The position numbers and the translations under genes were made by a program. The notes under the pieces were generated by a model. That model ran no database searches. It saw only the letters and a list, made by a program, of their open reading frames with translations, and was not told the origin of the DNA. A stretch of 64,000 nt of DNA from assembly GCF_009914755.1 (NCBI RefSeq), contig NC_060927.1; one strand, 5' to 3'. The DNA comes from the human T2T-CHM13v2.0 reference genome, Homo sapiens. This document shows positions 58,740-64,000 of this stretch, piece after piece (within the stretch, counting starts at the first letter, position 1; each line of letters opens with the position of its first letter).

Positions 58740-58996
58740 TTAGCTTTTCCCCTTTCAAGAAAATGAAAATTAAAGCTTTTCCATAATTGCAAGCAAAACA
58801 ACTCTAATGGCCCTCTTAGAAGAAATCCAGAACTTCATACTATGGCTTAGAATGCACTACACAATTTGGTGGATGCATATCTTTCTTATCTGCTACTCTC
58901 CCCTGGTCTCACCTTACTCATCACACTGGACCTCTTTCTGGTCTACAGGTAAAGCAATTCATTCGTTCTTCAAGACCTTTTTTTGTTTTGTTTTGA

Positions 58997-59323
<327 letters not shown>

Positions 59324-60149
59324 TAGGCCAGGGGAGGTGGTTTTCACTTGTTATCCCAGAATTTTGGTAGGGTAAGGCGGGGGGCTTGCTTGAGGCCAGG
59401 AGTTCGCGACCAGCCCAGGCAACATGGTGAAGCCCTTCTCTACTAAAATACAAAAATTAGCTGGGCGTGGTGGTGTGTGCCTGTAGTCCCAGCTACTTGG
59501 GAGGCTGAGGCACGAGAATCGCTTGAACTCTGGAAGCCGAAGTTGCAGTAAGCCAAGATCGCACAGCTGCACTCCAGCTTGGGTGAAAGAGCAAGGCCCT
59601 ACCTAAAAAATAAAAAAATAAAATAAACAGATAAACAACTATTTCTTAATATATGCCCCATTATTATTCCTTATCTGAAATTGAATTTAACTGAGATCCT
59701 GTAATTTTATTTGTTAAATGTAGTAACTAAATAGAGTCTTCCTATTTACTAACTAAAAATAAACACTGGGTGGCTCTTGCCTGTTTGTACTTGAGAGGGT
59801 TAGGCGGGAGGATCGCACGAGCCCTGGAGTTCGAGGGGGCAGTGAGCTATGATCAGGCCACTGCACTCCAGCTTGGGCGTCAAAGTGACAACCTGTCTCT
59901 AATAAAAAATAACAAACAGCCTTCCGCAGTTTGTCAGTACTATTTCTTTCTGCCAATTAATAGTTGTGTGACCCTGAGCAGGTAATATCTCGGGACTCTG
60001 CATCTGTAAAGCGATGGATAAAGAGACCTACCTCATAAGAACTATGAGGCTTAAATAAGATAGTGTGTGTAGCGTTTCTCGCATAGTCTGCGCTCACTAA
60101 ACGGAGTTATTGTATATCGTTCGTTGTTAACTACCACAAAGGCTCTGCT

Positions 60150-60741
60150 CAGAGGTGCGTAGGCGCTGGCTCAGCCTGGGGTGAACCCACCAGGCCACCG
60201 AAACGAGCGATCAGGGTCGGCAAAGCTGTGGAGATGAAATGGGCAACACCTTCCACACTGCGAGTAAAGCTCGCAATCCGGGTGGAGGCCTCCACGTCCT
60301 AGCGCAGTCCAGTCCCGGGCGCAGGGAGGAGAGCTGGTCAGCCAAGATTCCAAGACAGGTGTCCACCTCCTCCAACGAAGCGGAACACGTGACACCACCC
60401 TATCCACTTCCGGCTTGGAGGGCATGCCCTCCCGTCACCAGCATGCACTTTCGACAAAACCGTGGAATCTAGTATTTTCCTCTGACACCTTTATATTTTC
60501 TTCACTTCCCTATAATTCTGACCTATCGTGTAGGTAAAAATTAATCTTCAGAGTATTACAGACATGCGTGCCCACGCGCTAGGCGAAAGTGCGAGTCGGA
60601 AGCACTTCATTCCCTCTCTTCGCTAGCCGGAAGTCGCGAGATCTGAATGAGTCAAAGCCGGCGGCCTCGGCTCCTCAGCTCCACCTGACAGTAGGCCGCT
60701 GATCGGCCGCGGGTCTTGTCGACCGCTAGGCCACCAGGTTC
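60150..60741 (+). promoter_or_regulatory. PDE12 CpG-island promoter/5'UTR (island extends through exon 1)
   Basis: High CpG density; ETS sites CCGGAAGT 60627-60634 and ACTTCCGG 60406-60413; E-box CACGTG 60386-60391; TCGCGAGA 60634-60641; TGAGTCA 60648-60654. Confidence 0.8.
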
Positions 60742-62049
60742 ATGTGGAGGCTCCCAGGCGCCCGCGCCGCGCTTCGGGTGATCCGGACGGCGGTGGAGAA
60801 GCTGAGCCGGGCTGAAGCGGGGAGCCAGACAGCGGCGGGAGCGATGGAGCGCGCTGTAGTGCGCTGCGTACCTTCGGAACCCAAGCTGAGCCTGTCATTC
60901 GCTTTGGCTGATGGTAGCCACAAGAACATGCAGCGCGACCAGAGCGAGCCGCTGGGTCGAGTCCTCAGCCGCATCGCTACCAATGCCCTAAAGGGTCACG
61001 CTAAGGCGGCCGCCGCCAAGAAGAGCAGGAAGAGCCGGCCGAATGCTAGCGGCGGTGCGGCCTGTTCAGGGCCGGGGCCTGAGCCGGCTGTGTTCTGCGA
61101 GCCCGTGGTGAAGCTGTACTACCGGGAAGAGGCAGTGGCTGAGGACGTGCTCAACGTGGATGCCTGGCAAGACGGCGCGGTGCTGCAGATCGGCGATGTT
61201 AAGTACAAGGTGGAGCGCAACCCGCCCGCCTTCACCGAACTGCAGTTGCCGCGCTACATCATGGCCGGGTTCCCTGTGTGCCCCAAACTCAGCCTCGAAT
61301 TTGGGGATCCCGCCAGCTCCCTTTTCCGCTGGTATAAGGAAGCCAAGCCCGGAGCGGCGGAGCCCGAGGTCGGTGTCCCCTCGTCATTGTCTCCCTCCTC
61401 ACCTTCTTCTTCTTGGACTGAGACTGATGTGGAGGAGCGTGTCTACACCCCGTCCAATGCCGACATCGGGCTAAGGCTCAAGCTTCACTGCACCCCAGGC
61501 GATGGGCAGCGCTTTGGGCACAGCCGGGAGTTGGAAAGTGTGTGTGTGGTAGAGGCTGGGCCTGGCACCTGCACTTTTGACCACCGGCATCTCTACACGA
61601 AGAAGGTGACTGAGGACGCTCTCATCCGCACTGTCTCTTACAACATCCTGGCAGACACGTACGCGCAGACTGAGTTCTCGCGAACGGTTCTGTACCCATA
61701 CTGTGCCCCCTACGCCCTGGAGCTCGACTACCGCCAGAACCTTATCCAGAAGGAACTCACCGGCTACAACGCCGATGTCATCTGTTTGCAGGAGGTTGAC
61801 CGCGCAGTGTTTTCTGACAGCTTGGTACCCGCCCTAGAGGCCTTCGGGCTCGAGGGGGTGTTTCGAATCAAGCAGCACGAAGGCCTGGCCACTTTCTACC
61901 GAAAGTCTAAGTTCAGCCTTCTTAGCCAGCATGACATTTCATTCTACGAAGCCCTCGAGTCCGACCCACTTCACAAAGAACTGCTGGAGAAACTAGTTTT
62001 GTACCCATCAGCGCAGGAGAAGGTGCTCCAGAGATCTTCTGTTCTTCAG
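60742..62049 (+). CDS. PDE12: PDE12 exon 1: 2',5'-phosphodiesterase 12 / mitochondrial deadenylase (EEP/CCR4 family), aa 1-436
   Basis: 438-aa ORF with Arg-rich presequence, SYNILAD and ADVICLQEVD EEP motifs; CAG/gtaaag donor. Confidence 0.98.
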
Positions 62050-62779
62050 GTAAAGTAGTTCCGCCCGTCTCTTCACATACTGTCCCACTTTTAGGGGCCA
62101 GGAAGGCGAGGAATGAGGTGGGGGTTAAAAGTGCGATGAAAGTATCCAGATATTGTTGAAAGGTGTGTTTGCCCTTGTATCTTCAGCACAAAGTTTACTC
62201 TTCATTCATTCAGCAGATATTTTTTGAACACCTCTGGTGTGCCTGCCACACTGCAGGTTGCCTTGAACAAGACTAGCAGGGACTTTTACAGTGCTTACAA
62301 TCTAGCGAGAGGGACACACGCTAAATGCAAGAACAATAGTAGCTAATGTTTTTTACTACTTGCCAAGCACTGTTCTGGCACATTTTAAAGTACTTAAAAT
62401 TTAAGAGCGTGGTGTGTTTTGAAGTGCTCCATAAATATAAACTAGTTTTTTTTAAATCATAGGCTCATTGAATCTTCACAGTAAGTCCCCTATTCCCATT
62501 TTATAGATGTCATTCTTGTGTTAAAGTTTTTAAGTAATTGATTTTGTTCATAATAAGAAGAGCAGCTACCATTTTTTAAGTACCTAAGGTGTTTCATGCA
62601 CCTTATAAGATCATTTAATTGACTCCACACAACAGCCCATGAGGTGGATGGTATTGTCAGTGACTGCCAGTACGAAACTGGCTAGAAAAGCATCTTTTTG
62701 CAGGTCACATTGCTATAAATGGTGAAATGAGTATTCAAACCCAGGTCTGCCTGACTCCAAAGCCTGTGCTTACGCTTGA

Positions 62780-63154
<375 letters not shown>

Positions 63155-63303
63155 TATATTGGACTATTATTAAAACATGTTACACTGAACCTAGTCATGT
63201 AGATCCTGAAACTTAAGTTGGATTTCATGACTGCAGTCCTAGTTCATCAAGGGAAGGAGATGGAAGAAAACGTTAGTTCGCCATTAGTCTTAGATAAAAA
63301 ACA

Positions 63304-63664
<361 letters not shown>

Positions 63665-63673
63665 TTATTTTAG

Positions 63674-63752
63674 GTTTCAGTTCTTCAGTCTACAAAGGAC
63701 TCTTCTAAAAGGATATGTGTTGCTAATACCCATCTTTACTGGCATCCTAAAG
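63674..63752 (+). CDS. PDE12: PDE12 exon 2 (VSVLQSTKDSSKRICVANTHLYWHPK)
   Basis: ttttag/gtaggt, 79 nt; NTHLYWHP EEP motif. Confidence 0.95.
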
Positions 63753-63926
63753 GTAGGTTTTATTTGGTATCACAAGTGACTTAAACACGCTTAAAGTTGT
63801 TTAAAGCTGTTTTACACAAATGCATATCTTGAACGTCACCCAGAGACTGTAATTTGTGTAGTTTTTCTTTTTTAACTTAAAGACAACTTTAAAAAATACT
63901 TACATTAATGTTTTTTATATTCATAG

Positions 63927-64000
63927 GTGGGTATATTCGCCTCATTCAAATGGCAGTAGCCTTGGCTCACATAAGACATGTTTCATGTGATCTGTATCCT
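63927..64000 (+). CDS. PDE12: PDE12 exon 3, partial (GGYIRLIQMAVALAHIRHVSCDLYP...)
   Basis: tcatag acceptor, phase 1 fits exon 2, open to the window end. Confidence 0.93.

Noticed and set aside
60726-61474. Alternative-frame ORFs overlapping PDE12 exon 1 (60726..60983 -, 61160..61474 +)
   Set aside because: Expected in GC-rich coding DNA; no independent support

Overview
Human (primate) genomic DNA, recognisable as the DNAH12/PDE12 locus (3p14.3 from memory). Minus strand: the 5' part of axonemal dynein heavy chain DNAH12, with a non-coding exon 1 near 48.6-48.7 kb and ten coding exons (47236 down to 5660). I spliced these by hand at GT-AG sites into one 1335-nt open frame (445 codons). A candidate L1-derived alternative terminal exon lies at 2824-2862. 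Plus strand: the PDE12 CpG-island promoter and coding exons 1-3, with exon 3 running off the window. The rest is Alu-dense and carries L1/L2/CR1/MIR/LTR remnants, processed pseudogenes of RNF7 and RPS8, and three U6 retrocopies, one a U6-L1 chimera. Nearly all ORFs in the supplied track are Alu/L1 shadows. I cannot support a wholly new biological system. The best leads are a leaky-scanning, presequence-less PDE12 isoform, the L1-exonised tail-only DNAH12 isoform, an AluYa5 half without a target-site duplication (TSD) fused to a scrambled inverted-Alu junction, and a CpG-retaining RNF7 retrocopy. Gene and repeat-family names come from recalled sequences, not database searches.
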